Part shown: positions 1 through 14,001 of the stretch, piece after piece
Layout: each line of letters begins with the position of its first letter
Position numbering within the stretch: the stretch's first letter is position 1
Source: Chiloscyllium plagiosum
Taxonomy: Eukaryota
Length of the DNA: 64,000 nucleotides
NCBI RefSeq assembly: GCF_004010195.1
Contig: NC_057750.1
Coordinates: forward strand, 14,239,221 to 14,303,220
Reading direction: 5' to 3'
Position numbers and translations under genes: made by a program
The notes under the pieces: generated by a model
Database searches by the model: none
Told to the model about the DNA's origin: nothing
Seen by the model: only the letters and a program-made list of their open reading frames with translations

Positions 1-588
1 TTCATCACAGTGTGAAGTGATAACATATGTTGGACATTTTTGTTATATGTTTTTGTGAAAAACATTTAGAGGAAATGAACTAGTAAAATATTGCGTACAT
101 TTTCAGCAATGTTCGGAGCAATTATTCAAAAGATAATTAAAAAAGAAATTGCATTATTCATTAAGATCTGCTCGCTGGTAGAAATAGAAGGCCAGAATAG
201 AAAGGGAAGAACATTTTCTTATAACTGTAATAGGTCCTGTTCAGACATTGTATGAGGTATGTTTAGGTCCCAAGGTTTCCAAGAGTTATGAGGAGAGATT
301 AATATGAAGATTATTTCCTCCATCCTCAAAGCCTTGCAGCTGTGATTGCCAGAGTACTGCAGCCAGGTTCTACAACAATAATCTGGCAACATTTTTCATA
401 TTTGTAAACTTATATTATTCCTCAAAGTATGCCTCCCCTTGGACATCTCTGGATTTTCCTTCAAGGGCAGTGTCAAACTCTACTGGTAAGGCCCTCTTAC
501 CATTGCCATATTTGTCACAAGACTTCCCAACTTTTGAACCTTTCCCATTTGTCTCCTTAACTGCTTGTTGTAACTGCATATTAACTTT

Positions 589-678
589 CTGAAGAAGGGC
601 TTATGCCCGAAACGTTGATTCTCCTGTTCCTTGGATGCTGCCTGACCTGCTGCGCTTTTCCAGCAAAACATTTTCAGC
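589..678 (+). mobile_element. Short Penelope-type terminal-repeat insert with a hammerhead motif (family A)
   Basis: CTGAAGA-A-GGGC-TTAT-GCCC-GAAA-CG-TT. Matches the terminus of the PLE at 30735-30870. Flanked by direct repeat TATTAACTTTCTG (579-591 and 679-691). Confidence 0.75.
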
Positions 679-734
679 TATTAACTTTCTGTGGTGCATA
701 CATTTTGCTTGACCTGCCTGAATCAGAGAAGGTT

Positions 735-992
735 TTACAGAGTGACTTAGAGTGACAGAGTGACTTAGTTTTACAGAGTGACTTAGAGTCATACAGTAAT
801 ATAGCATGGAATCAGACCCTTCAGCCAAAACTGATCCATGCTGACCATGGTGCCCACTTGTCAAGTTCCAATTGTCTGCATTTGGTCCATATCCTTCTAA
901 ACCCTTCCCATCCATGTACCTATCCAAATATTTTTTAAATATTGCTTTTATACCTACCTCAACCACTTTCTCTGGTAGCTCATTCCATGTAC
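735..992 (-). mobile_element. CR1 LINE 3' end with expanded octamer-like tail repeat
   Basis: Similar to the 3' ends of the other CR1 copies. Tandem AGAGTGAC(TT) units at 735-793. Confidence 0.75.
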
Positions 993-1224
993 GTACAGCT
1001 AGTGCTGGAGTCTAGGACAAAGGGACGTGTAAAAGTCAAGGATGCAGAAGAATATGGAATGAAAGCAGGTGGGTGAACAGCCATAGGCTTATTGGAGCTT
1101 GAAAAACTGAATGGCATACTCCAGATTCACTGCTGCTTTGGTCATGTTGGCATCACAGACTAACATCTGTATTCTGTCAGCATTCATTAATTGTGAATGT
1201 GTTTAACAATGAGATAATGACCAG

Positions 1225-1445
1225 ACCTTTTTTGTGCTGTTGATTGAGAGATAGATTTTGGCCAGGACACCAGGGACATCAACCTGAATAGGCAGAGTGT
1301 TGATTTGACATCCTATTGAAGGACGGCACATCCAACAGTGTAGTACTCCCTCAGTACTATATTAGGCTATAAGTCTTGGGTTTGTTGTGCTCAAGTCTTT
1401 GGAGTGGAATGCAAACCTGGGTTCTTGTGGTTCAGACTCGAGATC
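1225..1445 (-). mobile_element. Deu-domain-type SINE remnant (SacSINE1/AmnSINE-like)
   Basis: The reverse complement reads CACTCCAAAGACTTGAGCAC...AGTACTGAGGGAGTACTACACTGTTGGATGTGCCGTCCTTC, which resembles the Deu core as I recall it. Confidence 0.55.
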
Positions 1446-3069
1446 ACGGTTCACTGCTGATGCTTCTCTGACTGGGGCCTTTGCACTACTTGTGGTTACT
1501 CTTGGGGATTTTAATTTTTACTTCTTGCCCATAGCAGCCTGCCAGAAAATTAAACTCAATGAATATTAGATGGATTAACATTTACCGATGGGTGAGCCTC
1601 CTCTTAAATATTGTTAATACGGTACTTTGTTAGTAGCAGCAACCCAAAATCTAACGACGTCTCAAACAACAACACAAAATAAAATCTGATCATCATCATA
1701 TTGTCAACCAATTCATAATGAAAAATGTTGGCAGAGTATAGGAGCTTGTCTGTAATGCAGACAAAAAAAAACAGAAGAGGATCAGCCTTTTGAGCTTTAG
1801 TAAGAATATGGTTGATCGTCCATTCTCATTGGTTCCATTTTTTTGTAACACATGTGACTGACAAATGTCTATTGATCTTGGATTTAAAATTATTGTTTGA
1901 GCTGCCATCTACTTTTTAAACAAGTGTTCCATGTATTACAGAGTTACAGTCACAGATGTGTACAGCATGGAAACAGACCCTTCAGTCCAACCCGTCCATG
2001 CCGACCAGATATCCCAACCCAATCTAGTCCCACCTGCCCGCACCCGGCCCATATCCCTCCAAACCCTTCCTATTCATATACCCATCCAAATGCCTCTTAA
2101 ATGTTGCAATTGTACCAGCCTCTGCAACTTATTCCATACACGTACCACTCTCTGCGTGAAAACGTTGCCCCTTAGGTCTCTTTTATATCTTTCCCTTCTC
2201 ACCCTAAACCTATGCCCTCTAGTTCTAGACTCCCTGACCTCAGGGAAACGACTTTGTCTATTTATCCTATTCATGCCCCTCATAATTTTGTAAACCTCTA
2301 TAAGGTCACCCCTCAGTCTTTGACGCTCCAGGGAAAACAGCCCCAGCCTTTTCAGCCTCTCCTTATAGCTCAAATCGTCCAACCCTGGCAACATCCTTGT
2401 AAATCTTTTCTGAACCCTTTTAAGTTTTACAACATCTTTCCAATAGGAAGGAGACCAGAATTGCACACAATATTCCAACAGTGGCCTAACCAATGTCCTG
2501 TACAGCCGCAATATGACCTCCCAATTCCTGTACTCAGTGCTCTGACCAATAAAGGAAAGCATACCAAATGCCGCCTTCACTTATCCTATCTACCAGCGAC
2601 TCCACTTTCAAGGAGCCATGAACCTGCACTCCAAGGTCTCTTTGTTCAACAACACCCCCTAGGACCTTACCATTAAGTATATAAGTCCTGCTAAGATTTG
2701 CTTTCCCAAAGTGCAGCACCTCGCATTTATCTGAATTAAACTCCATCTGTCACTTCTCAGCCCATTGGCCCATCTGATCAAGATCCTGTTGTAATCTGAG
2801 GTAACCTTCTTAGTTGTCCACTACACCTCCAATTTTGGTGTAATCTGCAAACTTACTAACTGTACCTCTTATGCTCACATCCAATCATTTATGTAAAAGA
2901 CAAAAAGTAGAGGACTCAGCACCGATCTTTGTGGCACTCCAGTGGTTACAGGCCTCCAGTCTGAAAAACAACCCTCTACCACCACCCTCTGTCTTCTACC
3001 TTTGAGCCAGTTCTGTATCTAAATGGCTAGTTCTCCCTGTATTCCATGAGATCTAACCTTGCTAACCAG

Positions 3070-3443
3070 NNNNNNNNNNNNNNNNNNNNNNNNNNNNNNN
3101 NNNNNNNNNNNNNNNNNNNNNNNNNNNNNNNNNNNNNNNNNNNNNNNNNNNNNNNNNNNNNNNNNNNNNNNNNNNNNNNNNNNNNNNNNNNNNNNNNNNN
3201 NNNNNNNNNNNNNNNNNNNNNNNNNNNNNNNNNNNNNNNNNNNNNNNNNNNNNNNNNNNNNNNNNNNNNNNNNNNNNNNNNNNNNNNNNNNNNNNNNNNN
3301 NNNNNNNNNNNNNNNNNNNNNNNNNNNNNNNNNNNNNNNNNNNNNNNNNNNNNNNNNNNNNNNNNNNNNNNNNNNNNNNNNNNNNNNNNNNNNNNNNNNN
3401 NNNNNNNNNNNNNNNNNNNNNNNNNNNNNNNNNNNNNNNNNNN
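3070..3443. other. Assembly gap (374 N)
   Basis: Run of N. Confidence 1.
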
Positions 3444-3835
3444 GAACGCCTTACTGAAGTCCATATAGATCACATCTACTGTTCTGCCCTCATCAATCTT
3501 TGTTACTTCTTCAAAAAACTCCATCAAGTTTATGAGACATGATTTCCCACGCACAAGGCCATGTTGACTATCCCATATCAGTCCTTGCCTTTCCAAATAC
3601 ATGTATATCCTATCTCTCAGGATTCCCTCCAACAACTTGCCCACCATCGACGTCAGGCTCACTGGTCTATAGTTCCCTGGCATGTCCTTACTACCCTTCT
3701 TAAAGAGTGGCACCACTATAGCCAACCTCCAGTCTTCCGGCACCTCATCTGTGACTATCAATGATACAAATATCTCAGCAAGAGGCCCAGCAATCACTTC
3801 TCTAGCTTCTCACAGAGTTCTTGGATACACCTGAT

Positions 3836-4363
3836 GACACCAAAATTGGAGGTGTAGTGGACATTGAAGAGGGTTACCTCAGATTACAACAGGATCTTGA
3901 CCAGATGGGCCAATGGGCTGAGAAGTGGTAGATGGAGTGTAATTCAGATAAATGTGAGGTGCTGCATTTTGGGAAAGCAAATCTTAGCAGGACTTATACA
4001 CTTAATGGTAAGGTCCTAGGGAGTGTTGCTGAACAAAGAGACCTTTTCCCTGGGGTCGGGGAATCCTGAACTAGAGCGAACAGGTTTAGGGTGAGAGGGG
4101 AAAGATATAAAAGAGACCTAAGGGACAACTTTTTCATGCAGAAGGTGGTACGTGTATGGAGTGATCTGCCAGAGGAAGTGGTGGAGGCTGGTACAATTGC
4201 AACATTTAAGCGGCATTTGGATGGGTATATGAATAGGAAGGGTTTGGAGGGATATGGGCCGGGTGCTGACAGGTGGGACTAGATTGGGTTGGGATATCTG
4301 GTCAGCATGGATGGGTTGGACCGAAGGGTCTGTTTCCATGCTGTACATCTCTATGACTCCAAG
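3836..4363 (+). mobile_element. Internally deleted CR1 copy nested in opposite orientation
   Basis: Near-identical to the reverse complement of 2640-2835 and 1945-2250. Flanked by ACCTGAT (3829-3835 and 4364-4370). Confidence 0.85.
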
Positions 4364-4889
4364 ACCTGATCAGGTCCTGGGGATTTATTCACCTTTATGC
4401 GTTTCAAGACATCCAGCACTTCCTCCTCTGTATTATGGACACTTTGCAAGGTGTCACCGTCTATTTCACTACTTTTTATATCTTCCATATCCTTTTCCAC
4501 AGTAAATACTGATGCAAAATACTCGTTTAGTATCTCCCCCATTTTCTGTGACTCCACACAAAAGCTGCCCTGCTGATCTTTGAGGGGCCCTATTCTTTCC
4601 CTAGTTACTCTTTTGTCCTTAATGTATTTGTAAAAACCCTTTGGATTCTCCTTAACTCTATTACCCATAGAAGACTAAAGTGAACACTATTTTCCAATTT
4701 AAGGTAACGTGTGCAAATGACTCTTATGGTTCTCCTCACTGCATTCAGTTGATTGAGAAACAACTGATTTTATGGTAATTAATGCCAGTTGCAGTACTTA
4801 CAAGATTGTAGAAGTAAGTTGGGAAGCAATGAACCATAGGCCAGTGAAAGTACATTGCTTATCACTTGTATTAGTCTGAAAATTATTAG

Positions 4890-5075
<186 letters not shown>

Positions 5076-6848
5076 TAGTAAAGAAATACGACATATAATC
5101 AGTTGCAGAACTAAATGGTTAGCTTAACAACCGTTTATAATAAAAGTTTCAATTTAATAGACTTTAATTGGAATTGACTAGTTGCTAATCCAACAAACTT
5201 TGTTACAGAGGAACTTGAGCTTTCTCATGGATGTTGCACTTGAGAAAATATTTATCTTCGACTATGTAGATATGAAGCTGTTTCTCAAACCTACTGTAGA
5301 TCTTTAATAACTTTCATGGGCTAATCATTTGATTGGCAGCTCTTGGATTACATAATAAATTGCAAGCAAATCACATGAGGCTGCCAAATATTGATTGACA
5401 CTTGTTATTCTGATTTGAGAGTCAGTTTTACTTGGAGAGAAGTTTTCACTGTCAGCAGAAGAATGTTGATGCTTTGAAAATACTGCCTTTCTAAATTAGA
5501 AATGATGCAACTGCTGAATTAGTTGACTGTGCTGTAATTATATAGTTTAAATCCACCCACATAGAGGTTATAATGGAGATCATGAATGTGGTTCAGGATT
5601 ATTGCATATGCACATTCTGTTTAATCACATTTCCAAACACCTGTTCACACTACTCAGAAATAAGAGGGATTCTCATAGCATCATGCCAGTCATTGATGAT
5701 TCCAAGCTGTGTGACAGATAGGCCTTTGCAGATATAGGTTCAAAACTAGTGCATAGCTTAAAGGAATACCTCTGCATAAAGATTGAATGGAATTTGAGAT
5801 TAATTGTTGAACAATCACTCTAATTATCAAGGCAATATAAAACCATAATGAGTAATGTCAACTGGGGATCGAGAAATACCTCAAACGTAATCCATTGTAA
5901 CTAAAGTAAATATTTTAAACTTGCATGGATCAGTATTATAGTTAATATTGTATATTACAATTCTATATCCATTTTTGGATAATCTATTTTCAGAGGACCA
6001 ATGATGACTACATCAAGTTCAGTCAAGATTATCTTGATCTTGAGACTAAGGCTTTTACATTATGAAAAGAGTTTCAAAGTTAAATATTTTACTATTAGGG
6101 AGAAGGGAATGTTGAAACCGTGATCGACCAGAACATTAAATGGCTTCAAATATGTGACAAATATTGAGGTGTTTTTTCCTTAGATCTCTTGGCTTAGAAA
6201 GTTATTTTAAGAATGATGACTCTCCTTCAAACGGCTTCTAAAATGCAACCAGAAGGAACAGGTGTTTTGTTCTTTGGCTGTGTGAGAAATAGCTGAGAAA
6301 AAGCCAATCAAATCAGCAGTTATTTCTAGCAGCCAAGAGCAGTCACCAAGCACATCATGATACAGCTAACAGGATATCAAAGAGTTGATTACAGCAGGTA
6401 CAATCAAAACTTGCATTATTTGATTGTGTGCCCATGTTACTTTGATCTATTTTTCCTATTTAACTTGATCAGGGATGTTATTATACATCTCTGGAGTAGG
6501 TGAGTCTTGAACCCAGCTGCCTTTGATCCAGGGGCAGGGACATTACCACTGTGTCACAAGAAGGTCCCCTATGTTATTTTGAAAGAGACTAATCAGTAGG
6601 AGTCAAGTGGATACACTTTTGTTGCAAGAAGTATTTGTTTTAGAAACATTTGCAAAGGTAGTGAAAAGTCAGTGTTTGGGGCAATTTGTCCACCATGAAT
6701 GTGGTATTATTTTTGTTTTTGAATTAGTTTCAATAACTCACTATTCAACTCACAGTTGGAAATGTAATCTCAAATGTGACTTTTAGAATATCAGAAAACA
6801 GTTTCTTTCTCAAGATAATTCTGCAACATTTTTGTACCTGGATTCTGA

Positions 6849-8662
6849 TTGCTTTCCATAGGTATGTCAGGAATAAAAAAATGACGAGAGTTAAATTAGG
6901 GCCAATCAAGGATAATAGTGGGAAGTTGTGTGTGGAGTCAGAGGAGATAGGGGAAGCACTAAATAAATATTTTTCGACAGTGTTCACTATAGAAAATGAA
7001 AATGTTGGCGAGGAAGGTACAGAGATACTTGCATCTAGACTAGAAGAGATTGAGGTTCACAAGGAAGAGGTATTAGAAATACTGCAGAGTGTGAAAATAG
7101 ACAAGTCCCCTGGGCCGGATGGGATCTATCCTAGGATCCTCTGGGAAGCAAGGGAAGAGATTGTCGAGCCTTTGGCATTGATTTTCAAATCATCATTGTC
7201 TACAGGAATAGTGCCTGAGGACTGGAGGATAGCAAATGTGGTTCACTTGTTCAAAAAGGGTAGTAGAGACAACCCTGGTAATTACAGACCAGTAAGTCTC
7301 ACTTCAGTTATTGGTAAAGTGTTGGAAAAGGTTATAAGAGAAAGGATTTATAACCATCTAGAAAAGAATAATCTGATCAGGGACAGTCAGCACGGTTTTG
7401 TGAAGGGTAGGTCGAGCCTAACGAATCTTATTGAGTTTTTTGACAAAGTGACCAAACTGGTAGATGAGAGTAAACCAGTTGATGTGGTGTATGTGAATCT
7501 CAGCAAGGCATTCACTAAGGTTCCCCACAAAATGCTATTATACAAAATGCGGAGGAATGGGATTGTGGGAGACATAGCAGTTTGGATCAGTAATTGGCTT
7601 GCTGAAAGAAAACAGACGGTTGTAGTTGATGGAACATGTTCTTCTTGGTGTCCAGTTACTAGCGGCGTACCGCAAGGGTCGGTGTTGGGTCCACTGCTGT
7701 TTGTCATTTTTATAAATGACCTGGATGAGGGCTTAGAAGGATGGGTTAGTAAATTTGCGGACGATACTAAGGTCATTGGAGTTGTGGATAGTGACGAAGG
7801 ATGTAGTAGGTTGCAGAGAGACATAGATAGAATGCAGAGCTCGGCTGACAGGTGGCAAATGGAGTTTAATGTGGACAAGTGTGAGGTGATACACTTTGGA
7901 CGGGGTAATTGGAATGCAAAGTACTTGGCTAATGGTAAGATTCTTGGGAGTGCAGATGAGCAGAGAGATCTCGTTGTCCATGTACACAGATCCCTGAAAG
8001 TTGCCACCCAGATTGACAGTTGTTAAGAAGGCATACAGTGTTTTGGCCTTTATTAATAGAGGGATTGAGTTCTGGAACCAGGAGGTTATGCTGCAGCTGT
8101 ACAAAACTCTTAGAGTATTGTGTACAGTTGGCCACACTTGGAGTATTGTGTACAGTTCTGGTCACCGCATTATAAGAAGGATGTGGAACCTTTGGAAAGG
8201 GTGTAGAGGAGATTTACTAGGATGTTGCCTGGTATGGAAGGAATGTCTTACGAGGAAAGGTTGAGGGCCTTGAGGTTGTTCTCGTTAGAGAGAAGAAGGT
8301 TGAGAGGTGACTTAATAGAGACATACAAGATAATCGGAGGGTTAGATAGGGTGGACAGGGAGAGCCTTTTTTCTAAGCATGGGGATGGCAAACACGAGGG
8401 GACACAACTTTAAAGTGAGGGGAGATAGGTATAAGACAGATGACTGAGCTAGTTTCTTTACTCAGAGAGTAGTAAAGGTATGGAATGTTTTGCCTGCAAC
8501 GGTAGTACATTCGCCAAGTTTAAGTGCATTTAAGTCATCATTGGACAGGAATATGGGCGTACATGGAATAGTGTAGGTGGGATGGGCTTCAGATTAGTAT
8601 GACAGGACGGCACAACATCGAGGGCCAAAGGGCCTGTACTGCGCTGTAATGTTCTATGCTCT
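6849..8662 (+). mobile_element. 5'-truncated CR1 LINE with a long intact RT segment
   Basis: ORF 6776-8026 contains NYRPVSLTS, QHGF, GVPQGSVLGP and FADD. Frameshifted C-terminus and CR1 3'UTR follow. Confidence 0.95.
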
Positions 8663-8959
8663 AAGGAAAGGTCAGTCAACATGAAATATTAACTCTGATT
8701 TCTCTCCACAAATGCTAATTTTTTTTCCAGCAATTTCTGCTTTTGTTTCTGATTGGGATGTCTTTTAAGTCAGGAAAGATTAGAACTAAATGTGTTCACT
8801 CATGAAGTTTAGTGCCTACACTTTTCTGGATCTGAGACCTCCTAATCGGATTCCAAGACAACAGACATCAGTCTATAAGATGGAGTACTAAAGGATAAAG
8901 AGTGAAGCACACGTGTATCTTCTGTTGATACCCAAAATTTGCATTAACTTCTTACATCT

Positions 8960-9266
8960 TTAGATTAGATTACATTACAGTGTGGAAACAGGCCCTTCGG
9001 CCCAACTAGTCCACACCGACCCGCCGAAGCGCAACCCACCCATACCCCTACATTTACCCCTTACCTAACACTACGGGCAATTTAGCATGGCCAATTCACC
9101 TGACCTGCACATCTTTGGACTGTGGGAGGAAACCGGAGCACCCGGAGGAAACCCACGCAGACACGAGGAGAACGTGCAAACTCCACATAGTCAGTCGCCT
9201 GAGGCGGGAATTGAACCCGGGTCTCCGGCGCTGTGAGGCAGCAGTGCTAACCACTGTGCCACCGTG
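8960..9266 (-). mobile_element. tRNA-derived SINE (HE1/V-SINE-like)
   Basis: A box GGTGGCACAGTGG and B box GGTTCAATTCC on the minus strand, CR1-like tail, (AATCT)n end. Near-identical to 46909-47220. Confidence 0.88.
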
Positions 9267-10533
9267 TTACAGGATTCCAATTTGCATTTGCCGATGAGCC
9301 CTCAACTGATTTTTTCTGGGTAATTGAGCTACCTAATTCAAGGCCCTCCCAAAAAGCTAGAGACCCCAATGTGAGTAGGACTGGGTTGTAGAGTTGCCAT
9401 TACCATTGTGTGACTGCTCCTATTCTTTTCTGATGAAGGTCAATCTATATAAGCTGGATTTTCAAAATGTGGTTAGGGACCAGACAAATGGATGAATTTT
9501 CAGTCTTGACTGCACACTGAACTTCATCACTTTTTTAAACTGAAATCAGGCAGGGAGTGAGCTTGCTGCTGCGATAAGGTTACGGCTGTAAGCAAAGCGC
9601 CAGCTGCAAATGAGGTAGCAGCCATGTTCAGGGTTGCTTTTTGTTGCAAAATCTCCCTACAGAGCCAACGCCAGCTATTGTTAAGAAAGTGGCCGCACAA
9701 TCTAAATGCAGGTGAAGGGCTTGAGCCTATGCTGAATTTGTGAAAATTCAGTCTTGCACAATTTCAAACTAACTCGCCAATGTCCCTGCAATGTGTTTGT
9801 GTGCACAAGAATAAAAACTAAAAGTAGTATTGTCCACTGCAGATGCTTTAACAAGCTCATTAATGAGCTTAATGTGTTGTTAATTGGCAGCAAATAGGTT
9901 TCCAATTTCCTCCCTCCCTAATGGCCGTTTTGAAAATTTCAAACTGTCCCAAAGGCATTGAGATTCCAGCATGACCTTGAGGATCACAACTTTGAAATCA
10001 TGTAACACCAGGTCTTGATGCCCAGTTTTTTTAAAAGTTGTGCCCCTGTAAGTGTTAATGACTATTTATTAAATTAATTCACTTGCTTTATTAGTACTGT
10101 TAAAAAGCTCTTTATTTGTATATTATAATTTGCAGATTTTATGTCAGTTACATATTAAAGCTGGTTCCCCATGTTGGATCAAAATCTCAAATATGGTTAG
10201 CATGTTTAAGGTAGAAATAGTTTTAAAGCACATACTTCAATCTATGAATATCATCAAATTGCTCTAGCCTTTAATATGTTCTCGTAAATCATTTCATAAT
10301 TGTATCGGTTGTGTCCATGTTCAATCTCTATAGAGCAGCTCAGCTACTCCCATTCCAGCATCATGTAGCTCGACAAATATTTTCTCTTTAGATGTTAATC
10401 CAATTCCTTTTAAGTTAATTTATCTAGAAGGAAATATTTAATCTAATATTTGGAAGAAATATGTTGGAATGTAGTCTGATGTATTTCTTAGGTATTAATT
10501 ATTTGATTCTTTCTTCAACTTTTTTATCCAAAG

Positions 10534-10630
10534 GGTACTTGACTGGTGGACATGTACTGCGCCTTTTTCACGGTCACATGGATGAATGTCTCACTGTAGC
10601 AGCATTTGATCAAGGTGAAGAGCAGCGCAG
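10534..10630 (+). CDS. ryr1: RyR exon (~ex8) [33 protein letters not shown]
   Basis: ccaaag|GG...CAG|gtcagt; 97 nt; phase 1 to 2. Confidence 0.95.
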
Positions 10631-11494
10631 GTCAGTTTATCCACTCAATAATTTCACCTCCTGAAATGATTTTATTTCAACTGCAAAGCGTCTGAGTTTT
10701 TAAGAGTGATAAAAGTATCCTTAATGTTCAGATTGAGCCCTTAACAAATAACATTTAGTAAAATGAACCAATTGGTATGAATTGGGCCAAACAACTCAGG
10801 AAGGCAGCAAGCTACTCCCAGGTTTTTGCTTAGCTGGCCTTTTTGAGTTGGGATAATAATGGGGCACTACAGTTGATCAGTTACTCCAGGCTAAGGGATG
10901 AAAACATTGGTTTTAACTTCAGTATCTAATTAATATTCAGTGGCTTGGTGGAAACTTATAGGAGGAGTTTTAATCAGAAAAAACACAGGCTATTTGGGGG
11001 AGAGTTGCTAAAGTTTTTAAAATTAGAATTCTCACCCAGACCCATTTCCAACCTTCTGATTCGCAGTTTTATTTTACCAATCTATGCCAAGAAAGAGAGT
11101 TAGGACTCCATAGGAAGGCTGTGAACCTTTTTGTTTCCACTTTATTCCTTCCCCACTTAAATCTGCCAGTGCAGATCACCATCCATCTTCCCATCAGTAT
11201 GGAAGCTGAACCTGTCAATCAAGCTGGTTTTGTGGTGTGGAGTGTGGTGAAGGAAGAAACAATTACCAGTCTAATGGTGTCGTCTTCATGGGTCCTCGGT
11301 GTGCAGAGGAATCCTGATGTCTGGGTTACCCATGCTGTTCTGACATCCTCCCTCTCCTATACCAGCAGGAGAGGGCATGTCAAAATCTACGTTTACTTAG
11401 TGTAACGCTCAAAACAAAATAAATGTTAGATTCTGTAAAATAAAATACAGAAAAGATTGGAAGTACTCAGTAGTGATGAAAGATTGTTCTAGAT

Positions 11495-13601
11495 TGGGTA
11501 TGGGGAACCTTTTTACATTGGATGGCTTTATTTTATTTAACTGAGATCCTATTAGGTTGCATGCTGAGAATTTAACATGTAGAACAGTATGTCATATTTT
11601 TGTCAATGTATTTACTAATTTTAATTAAAGCCTGCTCATATATATGAGGACTTTAAACAAATTAAAATTTAGCAAAAACACATTTATTTGTTTGCAAAGT
11701 TGACAATAGAGCTAATAATAGGTGAAAAACAACCATTTAATGACTTTTTTTTGTGATTGCTTATTGCACGATAGGAATTAGATATCTGGTTCCAAAATCG
11801 TTGAACACAACTTTAATTGGTCCTCCAGGTTAACATCTGTCATCTGAGATCCCAAGTGTGTTTTAATTTGTGTTACATATGAAAATGTTGATTCGTAACA
11901 GTAGGTTGTACCAAAACAAGACTGCATTCGATGAGCATGTTGGTGGAGATGTGGATATTCAACAGCATCTTTTCATATTTCAATGGGATCCTTCTTAGCC
12001 TCAAATAGAGACTTCAGAATATTATCTTCTAAGACCTCAATCAATTCCATCTGTAAGTCATCAGGTGCTTTGGAGGCATCAAGCAAGTGCGATTGAAAAG
12101 CTAGTTTCAGTGTGAGATCATGTTTCTCCAAATCTGCAGGCCTTTCATTGTCATCTTTAATCAGGGAGTCCAGAACAGCTGTGTATTCTTTCACGATGTG
12201 TTTCCTTAATGATTTGTATCCTGTTCATTAATTATCTTTGCCAGTTCAGGAGGGTAAGGAGAACTTTGAAAAAGTCAGCTTCTTCTGAAATGCCTGAAGT
12301 TTTAGCTGCGTATCATATATAGATTTACTTTTACCTTGACATTATATTACACAAAAATGCAACATTTCTGAAGAAATCCTCTTTTGACAATTAACATGGT
12401 TCATTCAGTTCCTCAAAAAATCTTATGATTGTTTTCGCAAAGATAGAAGTTTTACAAGTATTTGTCATTGTGACAACCAGCGTATTTTAGAATGATATGG
12501 CAGATCCACACTGAACGTTTCATCATCAAGCTGAGGCATGTTGCGAAATTGGCGATGCACTGATGCATTTGCTCAAATGTAGTTTACAATACCTATAACT
12601 TTCTTTAATGTCTCACTCAAAATAGTAGATTTGGCACAGAAATTCTGTTGACGCAAAAGACAATGAAAGGAAATCAAAATATATGGATCTGGCAATTCTT
12701 TTTGCAGTAACACAACAAATCCTTCATCATGGAAGGAGCACCGTCTGTGCATACACCTACTAAATGACATTAATTCAGTTTCCCTTCACAGCATTTTTCC
12801 TTGAAGATAGTGAAGATGTCAATTTCACATGTCCTTGCGGTAAGGGTACCCAAAGCCATTAACTCCTTGTGGCAATGAAAATTATAACATGAATGAAAAA
12901 TAACACCTGCGCTGAGTCAGTAATGTCAATGGATTCATCGAAGGCAATCGAATAATACGTGCCTTCGCTTTGGCATATTGTATGAAGATGTTCTGTTGCA
13001 TTGAGGGCTAATTCATGTTGCTGATCAGTTATGGTCCTTCCTGAAAGAGGTAGTTGTTTGTACTTATTAACCTTATTTGAATCTAAACATCCTACAACTT
13101 CAACAATGCATTCTTTTATGATTTACACATCGCTAAATGGCTTGCCTCTTCTTCCAAGTATGTATGCTACTTTATAAGTTGCTTCATTGATGTCACTCCC
13201 TTGTCCTGACATCATTTTAAATACTTGCTACTGCTTTTGATCTTTCATTTTCTTAAGTGCAGACTTTTGGGATTCTCCTTCCAGTTTAGTGTATTTGTGG
13301 TCCTTATGAGTTGCATAATACTGATATGCATTGTATTTCTTCACTGTTGCAGTTATAGTGTCGCAGAGCAAACACGTCACTTTATCTTTCACTGCAACTG
13401 CGTAATACTGCAATTCCCATTTTCATTGAATACACTGTTCACTTGCTTTAATTTTATTTCTCAGTTTTTGACATGACTGGGTTATGAGTAAAATTTTTAA
13501 AAATGGTACACGGATTTTAAAAAGGCGGATTTAGTATTTGTGGACAACGAGGCAGAAGGCCACTACTAGTTCCTCAAAAGGCTGCAAGTTCCCCACCCCT
13601 A
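11495..13601 (-). mobile_element. Decayed hAT DNA transposon (Buster/Charlie/SPIN-like transposase)
   Basis: Imperfect 16-bp TIRs TGGGTATGGGGAACCT and AAGTTCCCCACCCCTA. 8-bp TSD TTCTAGAT/TTCTAGTT. Minus-strand motifs CLLC, YSIAFDESIDITDSAQ, FHCLLRQQNFCA and FGTTYCYESTFS, broken by stops and frameshifts. Confidence 0.9.
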
Positions 13602-14001
13602 TTCTAGTTTATTTGAGTTTCTGTTCTAGCTTGATTTCTGGTCCACATGTTAAAAAAGGTTCACTTGCACCTGTAGTACTGTATCCCAGCATGATGCTGC
13701 CAAGTTGAAGATGGAAAATGACATGGAAGAAATAAGGTTTTTTTTTCTTGAATTTATTTTGGAATACTCTACTTGTATTTGTTGTACTTTAGAAAATTGC
13801 TTTGCTTGAGCCACTCCATTTGTTATGAGTTGTTGTTTATGATGTAGGAGCAATATCTTTTGACAACAGAACTTCCAGCATGACCGAAGCTAACATTCCA
13901 CGTGGATTGCCTCCAGTTTCTCAGATACAGAACATTATGACCTGCTGTTACAGTGCAAGGGTGGTCTCCTACATTTGGGCCAGGAATTTTGGGTTTTTTT
14001 T

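Larger units (their letters stand above)
1936..4668 (-). mobile_element. 5'-truncated CR1 LINE (RT fragments), interrupted by an N gap and a nested CR1
   Basis: Minus-strand ORFs contain KSPGPD, VPEDWR, NYRPVSLTS, DFSKAF and [14 protein letters not shown], followed by a CR1 3'UTR. Confidence 0.92.

Noticed and set aside
735..793. Short direct repeats resembling an array
   Set aside because: Expanded CR1 tail with no unique spacers; eukaryotic context, so not CRISPR.
7387..8137. Minus-strand ORFs of 206 and 134 aa (also the antisense ORFs at 55311-56420)
   Set aside because: Antisense shadows of the CR1 and PLE reverse transcriptase frames.
11750..13480. Domesticated GTF2IRD2/EPM2AIP1-like gene
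   Set aside because: Many stops and frameshifts plus TIRs and a TSD show a dead transposon.
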